Shown: one piece after another, positions 31,726-41,779 of the stretch
Layout of the letters: each line of letters starts with the position of its first letter
How positions within the stretch are numbered: the first letter of the stretch is position 1
DNA from: Clostridia bacterium
Lineage (GTDB): Bacteria; Bacillota; Clostridia; UBA1212; DUPL01
Direction: 5' to 3'
DNA: 64,000 nucleotides
Assembly: GCA_050951325.1 (NCBI GenBank)
Contig: JBMNIW010000012.1
Location: 128,001 to 192,000 of the forward strand
Made by a program: the position numbers and the translations under genes
Notes under the pieces: model-generated
Databases searched by the model: none
What the model was told of the DNA's origin: nothing
Seen by the model: only the letters and a program-made list of their open reading frames with translations

Positions 31726-33728
31726 GAGTTTTCATCCCCTTTCTTCTGGTCGTCCCATCCTCTTTTTTTAGTTTTGATCTTTAGTAAATTTTGCGGATTC
31801 AAGTAGTCCGGCCTTTCCCTGCTTGTGTGAATTGGTCCTCTTATTACCTCGCTGTAACCAGTTTTGGCTTTTGGCGCCACAGGACTGAATATGGGGACAC
31901 CAAAGGATTTAAGCGATGCATGGTATGCCCCAAATGTAAATATCGACAACGATATACCATAAAAGCCTGCCAGTGCACCCATCACAGTAAATAGGAATCT
32001 TGAAATCCTTATTCCAAACGACAGCGAATGTGTTGGGACGACAAAACCGCACAAGCCAGTCACCGCAATAACTATGATAAGCGCAGGGCTTACAAGCTCT
32101 GCAGACACGGCAGCCTCCCCTAGCACTATCGCTCCTATTATTCCCAAAGTCTGTCCAACAACGCCAGGTACGCGCACTCCTGCTTCCCTTATAATTTCAA
32201 AAGACAGCTCCATGAGCAGTATTTCGATAAATATGGGAAAAGGAGTGTTCTGCCTGGTCCTGTATAACGACATGAGCAGTTCTGTTGGTATCATTTCCTG
32301 ATGATAAAGGCTCAACGCCGCATAAAGACCTGGGACTATCAGGGCAATGACTATGGCAACAAACCTCAGTGCACGAAGAAATGCTCCATATGGCCATCTG
32401 TCCGACATGTCTTCCGTTGTATGCATCATGTTGTAGAAGGTCATTGGCACAATACTCGCACTGGGCGTGCCATCGGTTATTATTGCCACATGGCCATGCA
32501 TGAGCATGTTGGCGGTTCTGTCAGGCCTTTCTGTTGAAAGAATTTGAGGCAGCAGAGAAAACGGATGATCTTCAATAAGCTGCTCCGTTACTCCTCCGCC
32601 AGGCACACACTCCACATCAAGACTTTTAATCCTTCTTTTTACCTCGTCTACAACTTTTGGGTTTGCAATGTCCTTCATATAAACAATTGCACAGGATACA
32701 TTATCCACTTTGCCGATTGGCATAATTTCTGTGATCAGGCCTTTGTTTCTGATTATTCTTCTGATAAGTGTCAGGTTGGTTCTTAGGTTTTCAATAAATG
32801 CTTCGTGGGGTCCTTTAACTACCGCTTCTGTTTGTGGCACTGTCACACTACGTACTTCGTAGCCTCTGCTTTCTACCAAAATACAGTGATCATCCCCATC
32901 AACAAAAAGGGCGCATAGGCCATTCAACACCTGCTGAATTATTTTCTCAAATTCTTTTTCTTTTGTTATTTGATTTATTGTCAGCAGATTGTTGGCTATA
33001 TAGTCTATGGTTAGATTTTCTTTTTCTTGTTTATTCTCTTCTGAAGTGGATGTGGAGCGGGTGTCTTCTTTTCCTTCTTGTTTTTTTCTATTGCCAACCA
33101 TCAATTGTCTAAGGATATAGTCGTTTATTATATCTTTGCTTACCATACCATCCATGAAAACAATAAAGGCATCCTGTTGTTCCATTACTTTAAACTCTCT
33201 TATGACCACATCCTGGTTTACTGGTATGTTGAATTCATGCTTAATTTTTTCCATGTTCTCCTGCAGCTTTTTGGAAACCTCTTTTAATTCACATGGATTT
33301 TTGTCCTCACCTATTGTTTTTACTTCTATAGGTTTTTTTAATTCCCTTTTTTTAGGTTTTCCCGAAGACTGATGCTTGTTATTCTCATTCTCAGTTTGCT
33401 TTGTTTGCTCGGTACCATCATTTGCTGTCTTACCGGTGCTGTTATCTACATCTTGATCGCTGTTTTGTTTTTTGTCTTGACCCTCCTGCTTATTGGACTT
33501 TTTATCTGGGTTCGAGTTGTTGTCCTTCTGGTCCTTTTGTTTTTGCTCGGAGCTATTATTTTCACTTTCTTGACTACTATATTCTTGCTTGTTTTCTGCA
33601 CCGACATAAACCCTGTCTATTTCTCCACGATCCTTATCTTCGTCTTCTGGAAATCTAAATTTTTTGTATTGTTCTGGTTCTTTGTACTTTAAGACTTTGT
33701 TTATCTTGGATAATATGCCCATAAGCAA
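31722..33728 (-). CDS. gerKA: Germinant receptor A subunit with a long hydrophilic N-terminal extension
   Basis: KGPHEAFIE, TERPD, IREAGVRVP, IIGAIVLGEAAV, SLKSFGVP. Confidence 0.93.
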   Translation of the reverse strand: MLMGILSKINKVLKYKEPEQYKKFRFPEDEDKDRGEIDRVYVGAENKQEYSSQESENNSSEQKQKDQKDNNSNPDKKSNKQEGQDKKQNSDQDVDNSTGKTANDGTEQTKQTENENNKHQSSGKPKKRELKKPIEVKTIGEDKNPCELKEVSKKLQENMEKIKHEFNIPVNQDVVIREFKVMEQQDAFIVFMDGMVSKDIINDYILRQLMVGNRKKQEGKEDTRSTSTSEENKQEKENLTIDYIANNLLTINQITKEKEFEKIIQQVLNGLCALFVDGDDHCILVESRGYEVRSVTVPQTEAVVKGPHEAFIENLRTNLTLIRRIIRNKGLITEIMPIGKVDNVSCAIVYMKDIANPKVVDEVKRRIKSLDVECVPGGGVTEQLIEDHPFSLLPQILSTERPDRTANMLMHGHVAIITDGTPSASIVPMTFYNMMHTTEDMSDRWPYGAFLRALRFVAIVIALIVPGLYAALSLYHQEMIPTELLMSLYRTRQNTPFPIFIEILLMELSFEIIREAGVRVPGVVGQTLGIIGAIVLGEAAVSAELVSPALIIVIAVTGLCGFVVPTHSLSFGIRISRFLFTVMGALAGFYGISLSIFTFGAYHASLKSFGVPIFSPVAPKAKTGYSEVIRGPIHTSRERPDYLNPQNLLKIKTKKRGWDDQKKGDENS

Positions 33729-33776
33729 TCCTCCTGGGTTTTGGTTTAAGTTGAGTATTTGTAGTTATAAGTTAAT

Positions 33777-34718
33777 TTATTCAGTTACTTTCACGACGCA
33801 CTGTCCCGGGTCCTTATCGTCCCTTATGCCTTTGAAGACCGGTTGCCTCATATGCCCATGTTCTGACTTCATCATATACTGTACCGTGCAAACCAGCACA
33901 GGTTCTATCCATATGGCTTCGTCACCGGAAGGGTCGTCAAAAAGAGGCTTGCCAATTCTATTGACAGACAGAACCTTGTTAAAATCGTCTCTTGAAACAC
34001 CCATGGTGACGTGACCCTGTCTTACAAGCGCCCCCTCATTGTACGCTCCGAGTATCAAACTCACCTTGTTTCCAGGCTTCATAACGTACCCACAAATAAC
34101 ATAATCATCATCTTGTAAATTTTTTATTTTTATCCAGTCTTTTGATCTTTTGCCAAAGTAATATTTACTGTCCTTTTTCTTTGCAACTATTCCTTCAAGG
34201 TTCTGAGCGGCTGCTGCATTGTAAAGTTCAACACCTTTTTCAAATACATATCTCGAAACAATAATTTTTTCATTCTCAACAATGTTTTCACTCAAGATTT
34301 GTTTTCTCTCCACCAAAGGTTTGTCCGTTATTTGCTCAGAGCCAATGTATAAAATATCGAAAGCAGAAAAGGATACTGGGTACATTTTCGAGGCAAACTC
34401 TATTTTGGTTTTGTTTGTCATCATGGATCTTTTTTGGATTGCGTAGAAATCCGGCTTACCATCCTTGACCGCAATTATTTCTCCATCCAATATGCATTTT
34501 TGCTTTATTTGCCCACATATATCCGCCAGTTCCGGGTATGTCTGATTGAGCCGCATGTTTCTTTTATTACGAATTTCAACGTTCCCCTTGTCTACATATA
34601 TGATTGTGCGTATACCATCGAGTTTTAGTTCGTAGAGATAGTCTGGAGAGTTGAAAGATTCATTTCTTTCTGTTAACAGCATGGGTTTTATATCTTTCTT
34701 ATCAAATATGTCTTTCAA
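33777..34718 (-). CDS. ATP-dependent DNA ligase (LigD ligase domain only)
   Basis: ELKLDGIR, LDGE, AFDIL, EGIVAK, WIKIK, RQPVFKGIRDDK; no polymerase or PE domain. Confidence 0.9.
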   Translation of the reverse strand: MKDIFDKKDIKPMLLTERNESFNSPDYLYELKLDGIRTIIYVDKGNVEIRNKRNMRLNQTYPELADICGQIKQKCILDGEIIAVKDGKPDFYAIQKRSMMTNKTKIEFASKMYPVSFSAFDILYIGSEQITDKPLVERKQILSENIVENEKIIVSRYVFEKGVELYNAAAAQNLEGIVAKKKDSKYYFGKRSKDWIKIKNLQDDDYVICGYVMKPGNKVSLILGAYNEGALVRQGHVTMGVSRDDFNKVLSVNRIGKPLFDDPSGDEAIWIEPVLVCTVQYMMKSEHGHMRQPVFKGIRDDKDPGQCVVKVTE

Positions 34719-34719
34719 A

Positions 34720-35490
34720 TTACTGCACCCACTGCTCCGTAGCCTTTATGCTTTGCTGCAGCGCTTCCATGAGATTGACAATTGCTCCAGCACCTTCCTG
34801 TTGTGGCTGTATAATTTCAGCACCATTTACCTTTCTTATGATTGCTTCTTTTAACCTCATTGTGTACTCATCCTTGTATCTTTCAGGCTTGAATTCGGTT
34901 GTCATATTGTTTATCAATATTTTAGCCATTTGCAGCTCCTGCTCATTTAGGTTGACATCACCTATTGGTTTTGGCATGGTCTTTATTTCCTCTTCGAAAA
35001 ACATGGTCTCAATGAGCAAACCTGCTCCCGTCGACCTTATTGTCAGAAGCTTCTCTTTTGTCCCCATTACAGTTTTTGCTATGGCGACTTTCCCCTCACT
35101 TTTCATTGCTTCGGCCAGGAGCATGTATGCCTTGTCACTGCCATCCGGGGCAACGTAATACGTTTTTTCGTAGTATATTGGATCTATCTCGGACAAAGAT
35201 ACAAAGTTTAAGATATATATGGTCTTGTCTTTTTCCGTTTTTATCTTTTCCAACTCTTCCTCTTCTATTACAATATACTTGTTTTTCTCATACTCGTACC
35301 CTTTTACAATATCGTCTTTGGAGACCTCATCCAACTTGCACGCAGGACAACTCTTTTTATATCTTATCCTACCCATGCATTCCTTGTGCAGCTGGTTAAA
35401 TGAAATGCCAACCCTTTCTGCTGCAACATAAAGATTTACAGGTATGTGCACCAAGCCAAACGAAATTGCTCCTTTATGAGCAACAGCCAT
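34720..35490 (-). CDS. ku: NHEJ Ku protein
   Basis: KGAISFGLVHIPV, IVKGYEY, IDPIYYEKTYY, NLMEALQQS; start moved to MAVAHKG after an RBS. Confidence 0.95.
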   Translation of the reverse strand: MAVAHKGAISFGLVHIPVNLYVAAERVGISFNQLHKECMGRIRYKKSCPACKLDEVSKDDIVKGYEYEKNKYIVIEEEELEKIKTEKDKTIYILNFVSLSEIDPIYYEKTYYVAPDGSDKAYMLLAEAMKSEGKVAIAKTVMGTKEKLLTIRSTGAGLLIETMFFEEEIKTMPKPIGDVNLNEQELQMAKILINNMTTEFKPERYKDEYTMRLKEAIIRKVNGAEIIQPQQEGAGAIVNLMEALQQSIKATEQWVQ

Positions 35491-35605
35491 ATAAAATACC
35501 CCCTTTCGCTTTATTATTTGCAAAAGAGGATAATAAATACGCTGAAATGAAAGAACCCGGTTTTTATGCCGGCCCTTTCAGAAATGCAGACTTAATTTTG
35601 CTTTG

Positions 35606-36319
35606 CTATCTGAATTTGAGAGCTCTTTTGAATGTTGCCTGTATTCTCATTTTCGCATTCTCAATTACTTCGATTATCTTGAACTTAAACTTTATGCCAT
35701 TATTGGGCTTTTCAATAACTTCATAAGATGTTTTGGACAAATTATCTTTCAGCGCTTCTTTCCCTTGTTCATTTATCTCATTTTCGTCCACTTCTTCTTC
35801 GGTGTTATTGTCCGCATCCGGTTCATTTATAGCTGCATTGACATTTGCATTCACAAAACAAAGAGGCGGGAACAAGACGCACCACCAGTTCTGGCCAAGG
35901 CCTTCTCCTATGGTGATTTTCAAGGAGGTGTATTCGCCATTCGGCAGTATTATGTTACCGTAATCCTTGGTCGGAAACTCAAATATGCCAAGAGAAACAT
36001 CCACATCATACTCATATCCTTTGCTTCGCACAGTATCCCTGGCAATTCTCTCAATCTCATTTAGATTATTATCTAGCACCTTGTAAGCTTCTTGCGAACT
36101 CTCACAAGATTCCAATATTTTGTTTGTATACTCAACCACACTGTCTCTGACACTTAATTTTAGGTCTTGATCATCCGCATTGTCGCTGCTGGCAACAACA
36201 TGCAGCCTGACAAGATTTCCTTTCAAGTCTTCCATTACATGATTGGAATAGACGTTCAATATGCAAACAGCTGTGATTAACAATACAAGGACAAGCAGCA
36301 GATGCTTTACCTTTTTCAT
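35606..36319 (-). CDS. spoIIR: Stage II sporulation protein R
   Basis: RLHVVASSD, FPTKDYG, GQNWWCVLFPPLC. Confidence 0.95.
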   Translation of the reverse strand: MKKVKHLLLVLVLLITAVCILNVYSNHVMEDLKGNLVRLHVVASSDNADDQDLKLSVRDSVVEYTNKILESCESSQEAYKVLDNNLNEIERIARDTVRSKGYEYDVDVSLGIFEFPTKDYGNIILPNGEYTSLKITIGEGLGQNWWCVLFPPLCFVNANVNAAINEPDADNNTEEEVDENEINEQGKEALKDNLSKTSYEVIEKPNNGIKFKFKIIEVIENAKMRIQATFKRALKFR

Positions 36320-36364
36320 TACAATACCTCCATGTCTTCATGCCTTATGCATTACTTGCATGTA

Positions 36365-36394
36365 AAGTATTGCCAATTAAAAATACACATATTC
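36365..36394 (-). promoter_or_regulatory. Sigma-F-type promoter of spoIIR
   Basis: GAATA-15 nt-GGCAATACTT on the minus strand. Confidence 0.65.
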
Positions 36395-36415
36395 AATCTT
36401 TACCAATTTTTTAGA

Positions 36416-37099
36416 TTATTTTTCCAATGATTTTCTAAATATATCCAGAGAGGCTTTATAAAGGTTGTATGGTACGGTTACTCCGACCAATTTTTTGTCA
36501 TATTCATAGAATGCTTTCGCATAATCTGAGACGTTATCCTTGCTCACTTTATCTAGCGAGTCGAGATACATGACATTAAGTGCAAGTCTAGTTGTTTCAT
36601 CATCTTCAGTAGTCTTTATGGTGTTTTTTTCATCCCATAGGTAATTGAAACCAGCAATCAACTTGTTACAACAGTACCATAGAAGAAAGTCGTCATCGGG
36701 AGATGGGGCTTGTACTATGTTGCTTGTCTTGCCCGGTCCATTTTGGTTACTTGGACCAATTTGGTCAATTTGGTTACATGCAATTCTGTCAATTTCACTA
36801 TCAATAAGTGATTTATCCAGTTCTACATTCAAGTAGCCGTTTTCTGCACTTAAATTAAAAGACACTGGTTTGATATCACCAGCTATCTTCTCCGCAAGGC
36901 ACTCGGGGGTTCCTCCATAATTGAAATGCTGCTTCAAGAAAGCGTATAAATAAAATGCAACAAGGGAATACAACTTTCCCATTGATGCATTGTATTTAAG
37001 CTCCGCTTTTGGATAGATTACGCTTTCCTTTTCCAATATAGGAAGCACTTCAGTTATTCTTTCGTCTATAAACTTCTCAATTAACCTTATCGCATTCAT
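36416..37099 (-). CDS. Arginyl-tRNA synthetase-like protein lacking the catalytic domain (N-terminal Add1 plus DALR-like domain)
   Basis: PECLAEKIA...ENGYLNVELD resembles the ArgRS N-domain; LWYCCNKL, YAKAFYEY and LYKASLDIFRKSL resemble DALR; no HIGH/KMSKS. Confidence 0.55.
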   Translation of the reverse strand: MNAIRLIEKFIDERITEVLPILEKESVIYPKAELKYNASMGKLYSLVAFYLYAFLKQHFNYGGTPECLAEKIAGDIKPVSFNLSAENGYLNVELDKSLIDSEIDRIACNQIDQIGPSNQNGPGKTSNIVQAPSPDDDFLLWYCCNKLIAGFNYLWDEKNTIKTTEDDETTRLALNVMYLDSLDKVSKDNVSDYAKAFYEYDKKLVGVTVPYNLYKASLDIFRKSLEK

Positions 37100-37122
37100 G
37101 AGTGCTTGTCCTTTTTTTCACT

Positions 37123-37956
37123 TTATAATGCGTCGTAGTATGCTCCCTTGTCATATTCCTTTTCTATATTTATTCTTTCCACATTATCCATCTCAAGACC
37201 AAGGAACATGTTTCCTAAAGAAGCAAATTTGTCTATGCTGTCGCTTGTAAAGTATTTTATTTCACTCTTTTCATTGTGGCCCTGTAATCCGTTTTTATCC
37301 AGCAATTTCTTGACAGCATTTGCAACTTCCACTGCTGAATTTACTAGAGTTACACTTTCGCCCAGCACTTTTCTTATTACATTCTGAAGCATGGGATAGT
37401 GAGTGCATCCCAGGATTAATGTATCTACATCAGTATCCTTGAATTCTTTAAGATACTCACAGGCGATCATTTCAGATATTTTGCCTTCCCACCAGCCTTC
37501 CTCTACCAGCGGCACAAACAGCGGGCAGGCTTTCGAGTATACTTTTGCATCCGGCTTGCATTTTTTAATTGCAGTTTCGTATACACCACTTGAAATGGTT
37601 GCCGATGTGCCTATTACTGCAATGCTTTTTGACTTTGTCTGTCTGCATGCTGCCAACGAGCCAGGCTCCACCACTTCAACAATCGGGCAGTCAAATACTT
37701 CCTTAACCACATTCAAACTGCAGGCACTGGCTGTATTGCATGCTATTACTATCATTTTTACATTCTGTTTCAATAGAAAATTTATATCCTGAAATGTGTA
37801 TCTAATAACCGTTTCTTTTGATTTGGTCCCGTATGGAGTTCTTCCACTGTCACCGAAATATACAATGTTTTCGTTGGGCAAAAGTTCATGTATTGCCCTA
37901 AGTACGGTTAGTCCTCCAAGACCTGAATCAAATATGCCAATAGGTCTGTTGTCCAT
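37123..37956 (-). CDS. murI: Glutamate racemase
   Basis: FDSGLGGLTV, PYGTK, IACNTAS, LGCTHYP. Confidence 0.97.
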   Translation of the reverse strand: MDNRPIGIFDSGLGGLTVLRAIHELLPNENIVYFGDSGRTPYGTKSKETVIRYTFQDINFLLKQNVKMIVIACNTASACSLNVVKEVFDCPIVEVVEPGSLAACRQTKSKSIAVIGTSATISSGVYETAIKKCKPDAKVYSKACPLFVPLVEEGWWEGKISEMIACEYLKEFKDTDVDTLILGCTHYPMLQNVIRKVLGESVTLVNSAVEVANAVKKLLDKNGLQGHNEKSEIKYFTSDSIDKFASLGNMFLGLEMDNVERINIEKEYDKGAYYDAL

Positions 37957-39015
37957 TTAAAATTCCCTCTTTGTTTCTTGTTTTCTTCTTACCGCAAGTT
38001 CTATTAGCTCCGTTAATAGCTGTTTATATGTCAGTCCTGATACTTCCCACATTTTACTGTACATGCTTATGTCTGTAAAGCCAGGCAAAGTATTTATTTC
38101 ATTTAGATAAAATTCACCAGTCTCATCTAGATAAAAGAAATCCACCCTGGAAAGACCGGAGCAGTCCAGTGATTTGTACGCTTTCTTTGCAAGTTCCATT
38201 ACTTCGTTTCTCCTGTCTTCAGGTAGATCTGCTGGTATTGAAATTACACTTTTTCCACTTATATATTTGTCCTCGTAGTCGTAGAATTCTTTGGATGGTA
38301 TGATTTCTCCTGGCACTGCAACTCTTACGTCATTCTCATTCCCGAGAACCGCACATTCTATTTCTCTTCCCTTTACAGCTTCCTCAACAAGTATTCTTCT
38401 ATCAAGTTTTTGGGCTTCCAAAAGACCTTTTTCAAGTTCCTCCTTTGTGTGGCATTTGTACACCCCAACCGATGAACCAGAGTTTGCAGGTTTTACGAAG
38501 CAAGGATAGCCGATCTTGCCTGCTGCTTCATCTATGCACGCACCAATATTGTTTAGTATATTGGTCCTGGTGAGAACAATATGTTTACACATTGGTAGTC
38601 CATAAGCTTCGAACACTATTTTTGCATATGCTTTATCCATCGCAAGTGCAGAGGATAAGACATTGCAACCCACATATGGCTTGTCGAGCAACTCAAAAAG
38701 ACCCTGCACTGTTCCGTCTTCACCATTTGTACCATGCAGAACAGGGAAAATGACGTCGCAGCTTTCAAGAACTTTAACGCCTTCTGTAATTCCGTTGATT
38801 GAATCTGTACTGTTCCATCTAAGCTCCTTAATGTCTTCAACAGGGCCCTCAAAAGGTAAAAAATCACCGTCCTTGGTGATTCCCACCATTTTTACTTCAT
38901 ATCTATCTCTGTCTATATTACTGAGTACAGAATAAGCAGATACGCACGAGACTTCATGCTCCGCCGATTTTCCGCCAAAGAGAACTCCGACAGTTAATTT
39001 TTTCGTTTTTTGCAT
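37957..39015 (-). CDS. ddl: D-alanine--D-alanine ligase
   Basis: GGKSAEHEVS, LHGTNGEDG, GSSVG, YDYEDKY, NEINTLPG; start MQKTK after AGGAGG. Confidence 0.97.
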   Translation of the reverse strand: MQKTKKLTVGVLFGGKSAEHEVSCVSAYSVLSNIDRDRYEVKMVGITKDGDFLPFEGPVEDIKELRWNSTDSINGITEGVKVLESCDVIFPVLHGTNGEDGTVQGLFELLDKPYVGCNVLSSALAMDKAYAKIVFEAYGLPMCKHIVLTRTNILNNIGACIDEAAGKIGYPCFVKPANSGSSVGVYKCHTKEELEKGLLEAQKLDRRILVEEAVKGREIECAVLGNENDVRVAVPGEIIPSKEFYDYEDKYISGKSVISIPADLPEDRRNEVMELAKKAYKSLDCSGLSRVDFFYLDETGEFYLNEINTLPGFTDISMYSKMWEVSGLTYKQLLTELIELAVRRKQETKREF

Positions 39016-39411
39016 ATTTGGATACCTCCTGAAAAACAAATGCACATGAATTGACCCCGCATCCTCTAAACCCGGCCTGCTGGGTACAATTTAGTACAAA
39101 AAATATTATACCGCTATTTGTCTAATGTTACAAGGTGGCTCTGATACGGCATGATATGCAACCTCTTTCTAGTTTAGCGTATAAAGTTATATTTTTAATA
39201 ATTATTTAACATAATGTTAATCGATATTTGACTATTTGTTGTTGCGTTGCGTTTAATTTATGGTATAATATTTTCAAAATAAAGCCCCTTTTTAGGCCGC
39301 AAATAATACTATCCTTATTCAAGATCTACGCTATAAACATAAACGATCATCAAGGGGCTTTATTTTATTCCTTTTCTTAATCTCACCTTTGCTCAAGTAT
39401 GTTAAACCCAT

Positions 39412-40038
39412 CTACTCCAATGGAACATCAGCGTATTCTTCCTCATTGTAGTTGTTTGTACTTGTTTCCACTATTTTTGCCACTATATCCATATTGCGAT
39501 TTACAACTGACTGAACCACTTCATTACCTGATGTAATTTTTACACAGTTAAAATCTTTGAATTCAGTTACAGTATTTGCAATGGCATACAGAAGAATCTC
39601 AATTTCGCTTTGAGTCTCGGGCATGCCTGCCTTAAACGTTTCGTTGAAATTCAAAATAACGCAATCATCTTTGATTTTTACGCTTTTCAATTCAGCATCC
39701 TTTGGCATCATTGTTTTCAGGTTCGAAGTATCTTTTGGACCCTTGGCAAGTGTATTTACTACTTTCATTATCATATTCTCGGTCTTTTTGTCCTTGCTTG
39801 TAAAGTCAACAAGGGTCACTTCTCCAACCAGTTTGTCACCGGATGCGGTAGGATAATAGCAAACTACCCTGACCTTGTTTTTTAATGCATTCGCCTCGGC
39901 TTCTGTCATGACAAGACCGCTCGTAGGCTGATATTCGTCATCCTTCTTCTTGTCTTTTTTGCACCCTACGAGAGTTATAGCTATAACGAGCACTAAAGTA
40001 AGTAGCAAAATTATTCTCTTTCTACTTGTTTTAGTCAT
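39412..40038 (-). CDS. GerMN-domain lipoprotein (GerM-like)
   Basis: Lipobox LVGC; LAKGP, AIANTVTEF. Confidence 0.8.
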   Translation of the reverse strand: MTKTSRKRIILLLTLVLVIAITLVGCKKDKKKDDEYQPTSGLVMTEAEANALKNKVRVVCYYPTASGDKLVGEVTLVDFTSKDKKTENMIMKVVNTLAKGPKDTSNLKTMMPKDAELKSVKIKDDCVILNFNETFKAGMPETQSEIEILLYAIANTVTEFKDFNCVKITSGNEVVQSVVNRNMDIVAKIVETSTNNYNEEEYADVPLE

Positions 40039-40105
40039 TGAGGTCACCTCTTGATTTGTATATCACTTAATGAAATATACTTGCGAAGAGGTGAAAATAT
40101 GACTA

Positions 40106-40942
40106 CTATTTGCTTAACTTTTTGGTTTTGTCAAGCCAGGCGTTTGCATGCCTGAGAAGTTCCCTGTCGTTTTCCTTGTTTAGAATATTAAGAGCTTCCT
40201 TGTATGGAACAAGCCACCACCTTGAGATTTCGCTTGTTTGAATTTTGATAGTCTCGTCTTGAAACTCTGCTATGAAGTAAACTGCGAGCTTGATTGTCCT
40301 TCTCCTTCTTTTGTACTTAGGTATTATGTATTCAAAGCTGTATCTGAATCCGTCCAAAAGAGGTATGTCCAGGCCAGTTTCTTCAAACATCTCGCGCATA
40401 GCTGTTTCCTCTTCCGTTTCCTTCTCTTCAACATGACCTTTGGGAAAACCTATGTGTCCTGACTCGTTTTTTACAAGAAGATAATACCTAACTCCGTCCA
40501 TTTCTTTAAAAGGAACGGCTCCGCATACTTTTTCAAACTGTACACATGGTTCCTTGAATAAATGTCTTCTTCTCCTGAACAACCAGTCATGGATTTTAAT
40601 AAACGAGTTTCTTTCTGCTGTTGATAAAACCCTCATCGGAGAACTTGCGCTTACGTCATATACATTGTTTTCATGAACTTCGGCAACATCAACTATACCA
40701 TTGTCAAGGGGGACAGCACCTATGCATCTCACATCAGCATAAAAATACACCTCATTCACACGATACAAGCAAGCTTCCACGACACCCAGTTGCTCATACA
40801 GCAGATTCTTAACCTGACTATATATTTCCTTTCCGTGTTTTACTCTTCCACCAGGCATTCTGTAGAACTTTTTATCTTCTTCTTTTATAAATAGCCATTT
40901 GTTATTGTATCTGGTAGCTATCTTTACCGTAAATCTTTCCAC
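40106..40942 (-). CDS. NUDIX hydrolase (Ap4A-hydrolase-like) with a degenerate N-terminal NUDIX domain
   Basis: Intact box GFPKGHVEEKETEEETAMREMFEETG; degenerate box MPGGRVKHGKEIYSQVKNLLYEQLG. Confidence 0.8.
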   Translation of the reverse strand: MERFTVKIATRYNNKWLFIKEEDKKFYRMPGGRVKHGKEIYSQVKNLLYEQLGVVEACLYRVNEVYFYADVRCIGAVPLDNGIVDVAEVHENNVYDVSASSPMRVLSTAERNSFIKIHDWLFRRRRHLFKEPCVQFEKVCGAVPFKEMDGVRYYLLVKNESGHIGFPKGHVEEKETEEETAMREMFEETGLDIPLLDGFRYSFEYIIPKYKRRRRTIKLAVYFIAEFQDETIKIQTSEISRWWLVPYKEALNILNKENDRELLRHANAWLDKTKKLSK

Positions 40943-41082
40943 GATGATTTCTCCTCGCCCCTTTTATTTATTATAGCACTCGCTTTGCACTGAGTAAAGC
41001 CAGATATTGTCAATAATATGAAAAAGACACACAGGCTGCAAACCCATGTGTCTTTTTTGACAAAAGCAGACACATACGATTA

Positions 41083-41769
41083 CTATTTGTCAATGTCCAG
41101 GAATAAGCTGGGGTCAACCTTTTTGCCATTCTGAACTACTTCAAAATGTAGATGAGCACCGTCTGCTTGTTCGATGAAAGCACCTGTTCCGAGCTTTCCT
41201 ATGACATCTCCAGCGGATACAGTGCTGCCAACTGTGACTTCACTATTCACAGCAAGTCCACTATAAACTGTTTTCAGATCATTGCCGTGATCTACGATAA
41301 TGGTCAGACCATAATGTGGATCTGTCTTGATATCGGCAATGGTTCCGTCATAGGCACTTTTAACCTCTGCACCAACCTCTCCGGCTATATCAATTGCAGG
41401 ATGTGTTCTCCACTCTTTTAATGTTTTGTTGTACACAAGCCTGTCTATAGCATAGCCTGTCTTAACATCACCATCCAGAGGCATTGTCATCTTCACTACA
41501 TTTGGTGAAGTACTAGGTGATGGGCTGGGTTTTTCCGTCTTAGGATTGTTTACTGGGTCGCCCCCACTCGGTACTTCTGTAGCTGTGCTGGAAGATGGTG
41601 TCTTGGTGACTGTAGGCGCAGGTGTTGATGAAGGTTTTGCAACAACAGGATCGTTATTATCTGTCCTATCTTTTAATACAAATATTCCTCCTACGCAAAG
41701 TGCCACTACACAGCCAAGCAATACTATATAATATGCTTTAGATTTCAAAAAATTTTTCATGTATATCAA
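41083..41769 (-). CDS. spoIIQ: M23 peptidase-domain membrane protein, SpoIIQ-like
   Basis: TM helix, Pro/Ser/Thr linker, YNKTLKEWRTHPAIDI, HLHFEV; sigma-F promoter; close to spoIID. Confidence 0.75.
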   Translation of the reverse strand: MIYMKNFLKSKAYYIVLLGCVVALCVGGIFVLKDRTDNNDPVVAKPSSTPAPTVTKTPSSSTATEVPSGGDPVNNPKTEKPSPSPSTSPNVVKMTMPLDGDVKTGYAIDRLVYNKTLKEWRTHPAIDIAGEVGAEVKSAYDGTIADIKTDPHYGLTIIVDHGNDLKTVYSGLAVNSEVTVGSTVSAGDVIGKLGTGAFIEQADGAHLHFEVVQNGKKVDPSLFLDIDK

Positions 41770-41779
41770 CCTCCATAGT

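Noticed and set aside
39204-39231. dif site (exact XerD arm TTATGTTAAAT on the minus strand)
   Set aside because: The XerC-side arm is a poor match, gene orientation does not switch here, and the match is part of an AT-rich palindrome.
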